Assembly (NCBI GenBank): GCA_964036045.1 | Contig: OZ038378.1 | Location: 165,974,001-166,038,000 of the forward strand | DNA from: Eutreptiella sp. 'Long Island Sound 2002' | Lineage: Eukaryota; Protista; Euglenida | Direction: 5' to 3' | DNA: 64,000 nt | Shown here: positions 26,356 to 38,567 of the stretch, one piece after another | How positions within the stretch are numbered: position 1 is the stretch's first letter | Layout of the letters: each line of letters begins with the position of its first letter | Notes under the pieces: model-generated | The model's database searches: none | Seen by the model: the letters and a program-made list of their open reading frames with translations, nothing else | What the model was told of the DNA's origin: nothing | Translations under genes and position numbers: made by a program

Positions 26356-26375
26356 CTGAAGTGAATTTTGTGGAC

Positions 26376-26500
26376 CACACCACACCACACCACACCACAC
26401 CACACCACACCACACCACACCACACCACACCACACCACACCACACTACACCACACCACACCACACCACACCACACCACACCACACCACACCACACCACAC
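26376..26500 (+). repeat. (CACAC)n pentanucleotide microsatellite
   Basis: Directly visible. Confidence 0.95.
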
Positions 26501-27324
26501 CAGCACCGGCCCAGTGCAACTGTGCACTGGTCCCGACTGTACAACAACACACTGGCACACAGAGCGCACTTAGACACACAGCCCTCCCGTTTACCTGTAC
26601 CCGTGGGTAGACATCCCGGCCATTGCCTTCTGGTAACAGCGCCTTCGGCACACCACACCACACCACGCCGTACTGCACAAACCACAGCAACCTGCAGCGC
26701 ACAGATTGGCTCTCAGCAAGTGGTGGCTCCATTCGTGTGACAGGCGGAAACTAACCACAATACTGCCTGATGCGTTGTTGTGCGGCAGGCGATTTTATTA
26801 GTCATCAGCCACCACCTTAGTGGCTTGCACATGCAACGGTTGGCTCATCATCGTTGCAATTCGAATTCTGCGATGCGGATGCACCACTCAAGCGTCCCTG
26901 ACACGGGGCATTCATGGTGATACACCTCTTGCATTCCAAGATACCAAGCCCCGCCTGCTTGCCTGGACACACAACCCCATGGGATGACCCTCTCAGGCTT
27001 TGGGGCCCTGAGGTGGCAAACGCAGCTACTGCCGAGCGTGAGGTAATGGCAAAAGGGATCCAACAAAGAATAGCGGACGGGCCAGGCGTGTGCTTGAAGG
27101 GGGTGTTGGTGTTGGGGGGCGTGTCTGGATACGCACCAGAGATGGGTCGAAGAATTTTGTCCTTTAGCAACCTGTATTTCTTCCCGCTCTAAAAATTGTG
27201 GTAAGGGGAGCGAGGTCCAGAGGGGGAGGACCCATGCCAAAAAATATATATGACTCAGGCCTTGGGGTGCAGAGACTTTGGCTGAGAGATGCTGGGCGTA
27301 CTACCGACACCAGCAGCGACGTAC

Positions 27325-27816
27325 CTCGGTTTTCAAAGCAGGGGCCAGCCCTGCACTCAGCATATACAAATTCAAGTACACCGAGAAGCACATGACGATC
27401 ACTGTGAAGAGGCGCGTGACGACGCTATGTGGGTGTATGTCCGTCAGGCCAACAGTGGACAGCAACGCCACCATCCAATAGAACGCCTGCTCGTAGTTGG
27501 CCAAGAGGTCGTCGGTTTGGCTGATGGGGTTGATGGCCAGCGGCTCCCGCCAGCGGTACAAAATGATGCTGAGGCACGTCAGGACGTGGATCAGCATTAG
27601 CATCAGAAACAGAGTCCGGATGAGGTACAAGTGCCGGGGCATGCGGTGCAGCGAGTTGGACCACTGGAGCAGCTGCAGCGCCCGAAACGGCCGCACCAGC
27701 CGCACCAGGGTCGCGATGTGGAACGCGTAGGGGCCCAGGGGGTAGAGGAACAGGGCAAAGGGCAGCGTGCAGATGAGGTCCAGGAGGAAGAACCCGCTGA
27801 CGTAGTGCAGGCGCAC
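27325..27816 (-). CDS. CNBD ion channel, exon 4 (S3-S6 with pore loop)
   Basis: GCAG|GTG...GAG|GTACGT, 492 nt. Encodes FLLDLICTLP (S3), LVRLVRPFR (S4), AFYWMVALLSTVGLTDIHP (pore) and the S6 helix. Confidence 0.92.
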
Positions 27817-28286
27817 CTGCGTTCGGAGGGGGATGCTAGGGGCAGGGGCACGGACACCGGCAGATGAAGTGCGGGGCACAGACGGGACATGCGCAGGGCT
27901 GGCGACAGCGTGACGGCAGGGGCAGGGGCTGGGGCAGGCCAGGGCGAAAGAGGAAGCCAGACAGGCACAGGACAGAGGTAAAGCGGGGCAGGGCTGGGAG
28001 CAGCAGCAGGGGAAGGGGCAGGGGCATTATGGCGAGGCAGCACAGGGCAGGGGCAGGGCAAAGGCCGAGACGGGGTGGGGGGCAGGGAACAGGCAGGGGC
28101 AGCGGCTGGGGCAGGGGAAAGGGGCAGGAACTCCCCCCAATATCGGCCACCACCCGACCCTACCTGGGGGGATTGGCGGTGGGATGATCATGGCGAACGG
28201 GGCGGTTGGGACTCGTCCCAGCATCACCTAAACCCTGCTTCTACCTCCGACCAGGCACGCCCTTCGACCGCACCCCTGCCGCATAC

Positions 28287-28514
28287 TTCCTTCAGACTGT
28301 CGTCGCAGATAATCCCGGCCTCGTTGCGGAAAGCAGTGCACGATTGCAAGACCATGTCCAAGCCGAAGAAGACGGTGGCAGTAATGTAAAGTCCGAGCGC
28401 CCACTGCGTGACGGACTCGAAGGCACCCCATGACAGGTACAGCAGGATGCTGCCGGTCTCCATGAGGCACAGCGCCAGCCAGAACAGGTTCCACAGCTGC
28501 TTCCAGGGGTGGTC
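28287..28514 (-). CDS. CNBD ion channel, exon 3 (S1-S2)
   Basis: CTCTCTCCACCCAG|GAC...GAA|GTATGC, 228 nt. Encodes DHPWKQLWNLFW...FFGLDMVLQSCTAFRNEAGIICDD. Confidence 0.9.
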
Positions 28515-29614
28515 CTGGGTGGAGAGAGCGGCGCGTGCTTGATGACTCCATAATCCTCATCCGAAGCCTCAACCAGAAGCCCCAATCACAATCACCACCC
28601 AAGTCCCACCCAAGCCTCGCCCACTCTGTCGGCCGAGAACAGGTTCAACCTCAATCATACAATATAAAACTCGGGGGCATGGGGGCAAGCTTGGGCCTGC
28701 TCAATGGGCCACATGTTAGGGGTCTGTGTACGGTTTCCAGGCCTGCGCTTTGGGCCCTCATGGGCGTCACAAATACACCTGCCCCCGGCTTGCGCTGCGC
28801 GCAACGCACGGGGCACGCGCATTTGTGAGTGCAAAAGGGCAGGAGTCCAGGTATGTAGAGACAGTTGCATGGATGACTAACATGAAGGATTGTCCTTTTG
28901 GTGTGCCCAGAGTAGGAAGCAGAGCCAACTACTACCAACTACTACTGTCTTTTTTGTGCAAAGCAGTTGTGCCTGGCATGCCTCCGTTGCGCATGGTAGC
29001 CCTTCAGTATATGGCTCGTGTCCTGCAACACAGCAGTTGGGCTGGCCCCCTTACGGGTGCGGTAGACCCACACCAGCGGCACCCCAGAGGGGATTCGACG
29101 TTCTGCCCCTGTTTGTGGCTGGTTGTACCCTCATGTCGTGATGCACTGGGCGCGATGGATTTCATTCGTGCCAAGCAAAGGGGCGGGGGGGGGGAGGTTC
29201 GTCGAATGCATGCACCCTCCTACCCACATAAGAGGCGGCCGTCTTGCATGGCTGTGGCGGCTCGCTTGCAAGCGGCTGCAGGCAACACCAAGGGCAGCAT
29301 GTGGAGCGTGGCGACCGGGCACCCCCCGGTGCTGTGGTGCACTTCCCACGTCAGATGTGATGGAGAGCACCCGCTTCCTTCACGGCCCCCAACACCCCCC
29401 ACACGATTCCCCCGCTTCCTGGTGTAGGACCCCTTATGCCCCCCTCCCATTATCTTGACGAAAAGCCAACTTTGATGATGGACCCATGCATCTCTGGCCC
29501 TCTTTCATTCATACACGTGCGGCAGGAAGAACATGGGCAGCACTCCCAACTGCCTCAATTGATGCATCCCCGGCTCTCGTATCTGTCTGCCCCCCTGGGA
29601 CAGCGGCAACACAC

Positions 29615-30008
29615 CGGAAGGATCACTCCCAAGCACCAGAGGGAAGTGCCATCCTCCGATTCCTCCACGGAAGGCTCAAAGAGAGTGGAAGACTCCGAGG
29701 ACCTTCGCGATATGGTTTTCCCATGGGTTGTGTACCGGTCGGAGTCGTCGCTCTGGTCCGCGTCTTCGTCGCTGCTGCAGATGGTGCGGGCCTCGGCCTC
29801 AGCATCGTCATTGGCATCGGCCCCCTGGGCCTCGGCGCCGACGTGCAGGCTGACGCTCCGGTGGTTGAGGCCGCTGTTCAGGGCGTCCTGCTGATCGGCC
29901 TCCAGCTGCATTTCGAGAATGTCTTGGATAGGGCCCTCCTGGGGTTCCCGTCGGTCGACGTCCGACCAGGGAGAATTTGAGGGGCTGGGCAGACCAGCAT
30001 CGTACGCC
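29615..30008 (-). CDS. CNBD ion channel, exon 2 (acidic N-terminal region)
   Basis: CCTTGTAG|G...CCG|GTGTGT, 394 nt. It completes the phase-2 junction with exon 1 and joins exon 3 as WCLGVILP|DHPWK. Confidence 0.8.
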
Positions 30009-31583
30009 CTACAAGGAATGGGGTGCCAGACCTGGGCCCCCGCCCCCGCTGTCGACAAACCACCAACTGAAGTCGCGTCATCGACAGGGGTGTAGATGGT
30101 TGTGGAGGGTTGTGCAGGGTTCCAGACCCACGTGCAGGGGTGCTATCTTCACTCGGTGTGTCGCGGCACCCCTGCATGCTGTCAACTACCCTCAGTCCCT
30201 CTAAAAACCGCTGCCAGTGGTCCCTTCCCATTCCTCCAATGACGCTGGGGTTCGCTGAGAATTGCTGCAGGCAGAGGGTCGTGGAGCATTGTTCGAGATT
30301 CTTGAGGATCTGTAGATGGTTGAACAGGACCTATGCGCTCTAACATTCTCTGAGCCCCAAAATTTAGGAAACCAAACACTACGCCCTCATATTGTTGAGA
30401 GCTGTTGAGTACCTGCCGAGGGGTGCTTATGGAGGATTGTTAAGGGCTTTTGAGGATAGAGACTTCGATGTCGAGGGTAACGTCGCAGAGTGAGTAAGTG
30501 TATCTGTTTCAGGCTTGCCAAGCACCAAGCGCAAATCCCTCAACAAGCCTCTACACCCACCAAAAACCAAAACCAGCCTGAACCCTTCTCCACACCACCC
30601 TGAACCTGTATCCGAACTTGCAACAATCCTCAACAACCCTCCAAAGCAAAGCCTGATCAGCTCCTTTTGCTGGTGGTCAACCTAGCAGCGATTCGCGGCT
30701 TGGTTGTCCTTGGGCACATTCGCACAAAGTCCATCCCCCCCCCCAAAGCAATCTTTGTGCTCTTTATGTCCGTTGACTGCCACCCATGGTTGCACCCAAC
30801 TGCGCACCATGTGTTGTGTGTCTTCAAAATCTTGCAATGAAATTGACAACTGGCCGAGTAGCACAACCCATCAAAACAGAAAGGTCTTCCCAATGTGCCC
30901 TGTAAGTTGTACCTCGCCCGGAAATCCTCACCAGAAGACCACACGGGATTTCTGACGTATTAGGTACCGAGAGGACGCAACCAGCAGGAAAGGGGGGGGG
31001 CGTTCAGACTAATTTCCGGCCCAAGCCATGATGCCGTGTGGAATGGATGGTGTGTGAAGTGTATGGGTCCAGCCTGGAACATGACTGTGCAACACGGGGA
31101 TGGGACAAAGGGAATACGTCGTTGTAGCACACGGCCTTCCCGAAGAGATGAGCCTTGTTCACATCCCATGACATTTCACTGTCAGCTCCATTGGCTGCCT
31201 TTCAACCGCCCGCGGAAGGCCACTGCCATCCGGTTACTGGCACGTTAGGTGAAGTCACATATCGCCAGAAACCCATGTCCGCCAGTCAATCCCATGTGCG
31301 CAAGGCGTCTAGGTGTGCAATGAGGCGGTGGACCGTAGGCCGTACCCTTGGTGTGCCGCCTAGGGCCTCACGCTCAATCATGTCGCACTAGCTCCAAGAG
31401 GGCACAGCGCTGTTATGTGCGTGGTTGGTGTGCACGCGCCAATGACGGTTCGAGCCGCGAGTGGCTGGTCCGAAAGCCGTGAATGGAAGTGGTGATCCAT
31501 CGGTGCTTGAGCTCAAAAATATTGCCTTGTGCTGATTTCGCCCAATCGCGTCGACTCGTTAGGCCCTCGTTGGGTATGCACAC

Positions 31584-32476
31584 CTGGCACTAGTGGGCGC
31601 ACTCAAGGGGCTATTGCCGAACACCGCGGCCCCTGCTGCGCGGGCGGGGCTGCCAAGCTCGCTCTTGGGCCCTTTGGTGCTCCGGCCGGGGCTCTTGGGG
31701 CCCTCATGTGGGTGCACTTTAGCACCTCGGCTTGTGGACATCGGCCTACAATGGGCCGGGGTGCCCGGGAGACTCGGCATCTCATCAACGATGGATGACA
31801 CCCTCACCCGAGCCTCTTTCATACGCCGCACCTTCCCCTTGACTTTCACCAGAGCGCCAATGGCCGAGGTCCGCCGACTGCGCCCAGGTGGAGAGCTATC
31901 CACTGCCGCCTCCGCTACCGCCGCCTTCGCCTTCACTTGTCGTGTCCGGATCTTCTCCGCGGTGAGCATCAACGAGCCGATGCTATGGACGCTATTGCAT
32001 TGGCCTTCGGGAGCCGCCGTGCTTAGGGTGGGAAAACGTCGGCAGCTGCTCTCGTCCGCCCCGCTTTTTATCCACACGGGTGCGTTGCTCGCCCGTCGCT
32101 TCTTTCGAGCCGGGGTAGCGCGGCCCTTCCGTGTGAACGACAAGTTCAAACCCATGGCATCCATCGTAGACTCGTCGCTCGATGAGGAATTGATGTTGAT
32201 ACCGCCGCCCATGCCCCCGTTCGCAACTACACGATCGGGTAGGGGCGCGTCTTGCCGAAACCCACCGACTCTCGTATCCACTCGTTGTAGAACGGTTTTT
32301 TGCGACCTCAACATGTCCTCGATATTGGAGAGCTTGCGGATCAAGAAATTCAATTTCTCCTCAAGAGGAGTGGATCCACTTTGAGGGCTCATCGGGGTGC
32401 TCAGCTCCGTCAAGGGGGCATCGATACCACCCTCCGATGTGGGTTCGGGCTGTTGTGTTGAACGTCGGGTGGACAT
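31584..32476 (-). CDS. CNBD ion channel, exon 1 (low-complexity N-terminus with a short coiled coil)
   Basis: ATG at 32476, about 25 nt after a TTTGAACAG acceptor-like site. Donor AG|GTGTGC, 893 nt (phase 2). The seven-exon total is 3114 nt = 1037 aa plus stop. Confidence 0.72.
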
Positions 32477-33651
32477 ATGTCTCAATGCATGCGGTGGCGG
32501 CTGTTCAAAGCATTGAGATTTGCGGCAAAACTTGAAAGACAAAGCAAACATGCATGGAAGGCACCAACCCGAAGAATATGACGAACGATGGTTTGAAAAA
32601 TCACCATGTTCACAGCATCGACTAGCTCCAAAAGTACCACATTCCAAGGAATTGAGACCCAATTGCAACGAATAATGGTCCCTTGACCACATCGTGCAAA
32701 CAAGCGTTGACTCACAGGTGGCTATGTGGTGATGCAATTTGGGCATGGGATTTTTGCAAATTGCAGGGGTCCAAGTACTCGGTGTCATTCATCCACATGC
32801 CACGAGTAGAACGCACTTTCAAGGAACGGAACACGCAAGAGATGAGGTACGGATAGCACAATCGCGGAAATGTTGTCGTCCAAGATTGCCCAAATGCTGA
32901 AGCAAAGAAAGGATTAGCGAGACCTCGGTGTTGGTTGTTTTCTTATTTTGCAGGCCATCTGCGTGTAAAGTGTAGTGCAACGTGTTTGGTCGAAGGACTG
33001 TTGAACTTGAATGTTTTGAAACAAAATTTCGCATTCTTGCACGCCAACGGGCGGCAGGTAGAAAAGACAACAGCATCCGAACGGATTTGTGACCGAATTG
33101 TTCGGAACATGACAAAGTTTTGCGAGCCAACTATGTATCCTTTTTATCTCCCCCACCCCTATGAGAACATCTAATGGGGACCAACTCACAAAGATTTGCT
33201 GTGCCAAAAACGTTTTTGTCCATAGTATCCGGTGCACCACGAATTGAGGCAAGATGCATGCATGTGCCACTAAAGTAATTGCCCTCTTCTAATTAGTGCC
33301 CTCCGTGTAATATGTTGCACCATTTATGGGACATTATCGAGCCGTGCCCCATGCCCATCTACTTGCCTGTTGTCAACGAACGCTCAATCATCCGAGTCAA
33401 AGAGCTACATTTGGGAATGATGCTTTGCTTTTTGTGCAAGCTCGTCTGTTCTCAATGGAAACCTTATTTCCTTTCCGTTCTTCCAACATTGCAAAGGCTC
33501 AAGGCCCTTTGAAGGAAAACGAAACGGTGATGCTCGCAATTCACTTGCTAGCGGACGATGCATCCCGGTGCCGTCAATCGTTTGCAATTTTGACCGCCAC
33601 CACATCGCACGACGCAAGTCTTTTTCTTCAAGCGATTGTCAACTTTGTGTG

Positions 33652-35340
33652 GTAGGTAGTCCGCGGATCACTGATCCGCGGGGGTCCAAAAACCCCCCCC
33701 TCCCCTCCCCCCAAAATGATCCGCAGATCACGGATCACCTACCCCATAAATCCCCCCCCCCCCTCTGCCGAGCAAAATGATCCACGATTTCCCGGACCAT
33801 CGATGCAGACACGTGATGATCCAACGGGTAGTAATATTAACGCATAGTGCAAGTACAAGGCACCATATTAATCCACCAATTTCTGTAAAAAAATGATCCA
33901 AAAATGTAAGTTCCAAAAAAGAAATGGCACAAATTGGTGGATCATTTCTTTTTTGGAACTTGCATTTTTGGATCATGTTTTTTCCACACAAATTGGTGGA
34001 TCATTTCTTTTTTGCAACTTGCATGCAACTTGCATGCAACCCCCAAAGTCATGAAGTTAGCGGTTGGGGCTTCGTCACGGTGACTTCATGAACGGGCTCC
34101 CCAACTCTCACACCCGGTCCGTGTTGTCGTTCATTTGAGTAAACCTCTACTAACGTCTTTGTTCCCGAGCCGCAAAAGGAACATCGTAAAATTGAACCAC
34201 ATCGTACAATTGAAGCGCCACGCATACAAGGCCGTGTAGACTGCCGCCATGAGCACTCACACATGGGCTACAACTTGGGGGTGAGGGAATACTATTCCCA
34301 ATGGAACACATAGCTCAGAACACATGACCTATGGATAGTACAACCCGAGATGGACCCAGCCACACAGCCATTTCGCAAGCGCTACAAGCCACGAGCCAAG
34401 GAGACACAAGCAAGGTCTCCTGAACGACGTACGAAACACACCGCACCGGACGCACACTAGACAGCTACTAAGCCTCTTCAACAAGGCATCCAAAGGACCC
34501 GCACGTATGACTCGCTAAACACGCCATGCTACCTTGGTGGGTGTTGGGCCACACCACCCCGATGGCTCCAAGCAGTGCGGCACGTGTTTGAGTCAATGTA
34601 AGAGAAGGCATTGTACCATGGCATATGTGCACGCATACTAATATAGCTTGAACTTCGTTCCGCAGTTGGTGACCATGGAAGGACTAACTAGAGAGCAAGT
34701 CGAGATATGTGCCCGTGGGGTAAGGCAAATTAGCCTTGCATGCAACCCCCAAAGTCATGAAGTTAGCGGTTGGGGCTTCGTCACGGTGACTTCATGAACG
34801 GGCTCCCCAACTCTCACACCCGGTCCGTGTTGTCGTTCATTTGAGTAAACCTCTACTTGCATTTTTGGATCATTTTTGTCTCACTAAGTTCCAAAAAAGA
34901 AATGATCCACCCATTTGTGTGGAAAAAATGTGATCCAAAAATGTAAGTTCCAAGAAAGAAATGATCCACCGATTCATGTTCACAAAAATGATCCAAAAAC
35001 GTAACTTCCGAACATAAGTGTGACATAGTGCAAGTGCAAAGCAACATATTGAACCAACAATGTGTGTTATAAATGATCCAAAAATGTAAATTCACTTGTT
35101 CCAACAATTTGGCTTCCAAAAAATAATGCACAACTCCACAAGACCATTGGCACGGATTTGAAAATACAGTGAGCAAAATGGTCGAAAATGGTCCAAGAAT
35201 GATCCAAAAGTGATCCACGGATCACCTACCCCATAAACCCCCCCCCCTCCCCACTGCCTAGTGTTTCGATCAAAAATGATCCGGATCACCCACCCCATAA
35301 ACCCCCCCCCCCTCCCCTGCCTGCCGCACTTTGACACGGA
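33652..35340. repeat. GATCC-rich foldback-type element built from modules in alternating orientation
   Basis: GGTAGGTAGTCCGCGGATC (about 33652) is the inverted counterpart of GATCCACGGATCACCTACC (about 35212). AAAATGATCCAAAAATGTAAGTTCC modules occur on both strands. Confidence 0.6.
34029..34857 (+). mobile_element. 829-bp non-autonomous retroelement with identical 123-bp terminal direct repeats (34029-34151, 34735-34857); probable 5'-truncated Penelope-like copy with pseudo-LTRs
   Basis: The two repeats match base for base. The interior translates to HAYKAV*TAAMSTHTWATTWG, resembling PAYLPGIMTGALSNARPWATTWAGE in the RT at 63895-63969. Confidence 0.7.
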
Positions 35341-36563
35341 GTAAGAATGAGGGCCCCGTTATGATTGCTCAAATGTTAAAGGTGTGGAAGCCATCACGGT
35401 GTCAAGCCTTCAACACAACGATCGAGAGAAAGACACTTGCGCACACGACAAGCAACAACCGTGATCACGTCATTTCTCAAATGGGCTATGAGTGCTACAG
35501 CCTATACGTGTGGTGAGAGCATGTGCATACTCAAGCGGGTCAAGCAAATAGCAGCAATGTGTACAACCGCTGCTTACCATAATGAGATTACCAAGGGTAG
35601 TGTTCGATATGCTTGGCAACCCGAAAAACAATACCTGTGGGTCTGCAGCATTTTTTTTGGCCCTTTTATCCATGTCGTGCCACTGACAAGGGTCTGCCAG
35701 CCAGCGCGTGCCTCTCCTTGCTTGCTCGAGTCTTGGTATGTTTTTGACTGTCAGAGGCTCAAAGGCAAAGTCAAAGGGAACCCTATTCTTTTTGCTGACC
35801 CCGCACCCAAATTTGAAAAGTTTCCGAAGCTCTTTTGGTAATGTATTCTTCTTTACTATGGCGTAGACTCTTCAATGGGCAACATTAGGCAAGCAGTGGC
35901 ACTCAAGAGGCATGAAAGTGGCTTGCGCCCAGAACACAACTGTGTGAGTGCGAGAGTACATGGCATAATTATTGTGCGAGGACAAATTCATGTCATGTGT
36001 TCCCAACGGCCCCAAGTGTAACACTTGGGGCCATGACCGGACTCTCTGGTTTTCGTTACGCCAATCATGGTGAAGAAGAACAATGCATGAGTGATGCATC
36101 CACATGTGGGGTGTGTTGTCACCAACTTCTGAGTGTGTGGCTCAAAGTTCGGCTCATTTGTGAGCCCATGTGAACTGCCCAAGGGGGAAGGGGGTGTCGC
36201 TTACCCATGGCATTTAACACACGTAGTGCATGCTTTTTCCACCAGCTCACGGTATCCTTTTCTCTGAAATTCAGCAATAACCCGCTGCAAGTTGGCTTGA
36301 GCTTCAGCAAGGGACGTTGCATAAAAACAACAGTCCAGGATGAGGAGAGGCGTGAGGGATTCAAGTACCTTAGGCGCATTGGGGGAGTGGACATCAGGGT
36401 ATCTAACCACACGCTTCTGAGAGGGCTCGGTAGCAGAGAAAAAAAAGTTTCCGAAGCTCAAAAAGCTGAAAAGGTGACTATCGGGCATGTTTCTACCCTT
36501 GCGCAGATTCAAAGGCCGTACAAGCGGTTTTGGCACCATATCACGCAAAGAGGTTAGAAATTA

Positions 36564-38567
36564 CTGTGGTTACAAAGTGATTTACAGTATAATAACGTCA
36601 ACGAAAAACGAAAATGTAAAATGTAAATGTTAAAAAAGAATAATGTGGCCGAAAAATGGATAATGTAAAATGTTATTTTTTAATGGACGGGTGTCTCGGA
36701 TAATGTAAGTGGATGTTTTTCTCAATTTTTGCTTCGGCGCCTTCGGCGCCCCATGTGGACTCCCTCTCACCCTCTGGAAGCAAAAAACTCCAAAACATGA
36801 AATTCGCCAATTGAAATCTGTTGCTGCGCAGAACTGTGCTCAGCGATCGCTCCGATCCCTGCAGGCCGCTGCGCCGATCGCTGCTGAAAAGGGGCGCCGA
36901 TCGGCGATCGCTGCTGAAAATTAAAAAAAAAGTGCATAACAGCCCTACTTCCCGTGCAAGTACAAGGAATCGAACCAATGTCTGCCAAGTCGTAGGGTGA
37001 TTTGCCGATAAGCCAGCTGTTGCCAAATGACGTGTCCAGAACTGCGCGGGTCACGGTCAAGCTTAGTGAGTGATGTCACCGATGAGTTGGCAAAATCTAA
37101 ACATATGTACGCGTAGAGCTTGACCCAAGCTACTCAGAAATGCCTTCGTTGGTTTGTTTTGACACGATTTACCCCATGGAGGGAGAGGGTTTTGCTAAAG
37201 AGTTCACTACTCAGCTGCAGTTTTTTGCTGATTTCTGTTCAGTACCGGTCACGGTCGCGCTTCGGGAGAGGGTTCATTGGCTCACCACGCAAAAACCAAG
37301 TTGGTCATCTTGTAGAGGACGATCCACCCTACTCATATACACCAATTTTTCATGAAATGGACACATCTACCCCAGACTATGAGGCGCGCATGTAGATATA
37401 GCTGAAATCTGCATGCTGCCACAAATGTGGTCTGCTACACTAAAGGAAGGAGGGTATACCTTCGGCGCATGGGTGCTCTCACTAGGCCTTTTTGTCACGC
37501 CAATGGTGCTCATCTACGTACTCGAACAATGCTTGCTCCATACTATGCGGCAAGGTTGGTTTGCGGCCCCGGGTGCTTAGACCGTTCCGCAACCTTGTCA
37601 TTCGTGCCCGGACCGCACATTTAGTTGTGTGATGCCAGGACACTTGATGAATGATGATTTGACCAATCATTCGAGCAAAGGCACGATCAACGTTGCTCAT
37701 CCTACGATCTTTCCCTTGCAAATACCTCAACGGCAACTTTTATCCCACTCTTCAACCTCACTAGCAGAAAACAGCAGTCCCTCTGAACTGCTTCATTGCT
37801 CCCTGCTCAAAGCCACACTACTCTCCGTTTCATCGAGTAGAGTAGCCATAAAAGGATCTTTTTGAGCCAACCAGAGACTCATGGAATCTGTCCACTTGAA
37901 GGACAAAGAAAACTGTCCTTCATCAAGACCAAGGTGGCTGTTTTCCATGGACACCCTTAGGAAAAACAACAAAAACCGTCGTGAAAAGCACCAGGTACCA
38001 CCAGTGCCCAAGGCAGAAAAAGAGCCCAACGAGAAAAAACCCACAGGATCCATCCCTCCTACCTAGCCTGGGTCCGTAGCTACCAGTAGAACCACGATTT
38101 ACAAGATTTGGTGCTATGTAGCGCTCAAACGAGCTGTCACTGTGACCTGCTGTGCCATTTGGCAAATGCCGCATTTAGCGCATCCCCTGAGGGCGCTCTG
38201 TTGCCAGCGGTATATCTGGCGATTTTTACCACCAAATCTGGATTTTTTTACATCAATCGAGACCCTGGCTCTCAATCTGTAGATCTATCCAGAAAAATCC
38301 TGCAGATCCCAAAAAAATCTCGAGAAATCGACGCGACTGTGACCCACGGGCGGAAAACGCTCGGAGTTCGGCAAATCACCCTACCCCAGTGAGTTGGCCG
38401 CTGGGGTACTCCCTCTCGGCAGGGCATGCGCACATCATCTGTATAATGTTAATGTAAATGTAAAGTAAATAATAATGCTCAGCACCGCATACTGTAAATG
38501 TAAATTTAAAAAATAATAATGCAGCCGGAATCGGGCGCTGTTACTGTAAATCACTTTGTAACCACAG
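36564..38567 (-). mobile_element. 2.0-kb non-autonomous Tc1/mariner-superfamily (pogo/Tc5-like) DNA transposon
   Basis: Perfect 26-bp TIRs CTGTGGTTACAAAGTGATTTACAGTA (36564-36589; 38542-38567), with TA on both flanks. An internal remnant GRKPTLPHSMEQALFEYVDEH (about 37506-37568, -) resembles the CENP-B/Tc5 HTH. Confidence 0.75.

Noticed and set aside
34029-34151. HDV-like ribozyme or SECIS in the 123-bp repeat
   Set aside because: The minus strand has HDV-like stem order and a GCTAA linker, but lacks the L3 consensus, the P1.1 GG and P4. The ATGA/TGA segments pair Watson-Crick rather than forming a SECIS quartet.
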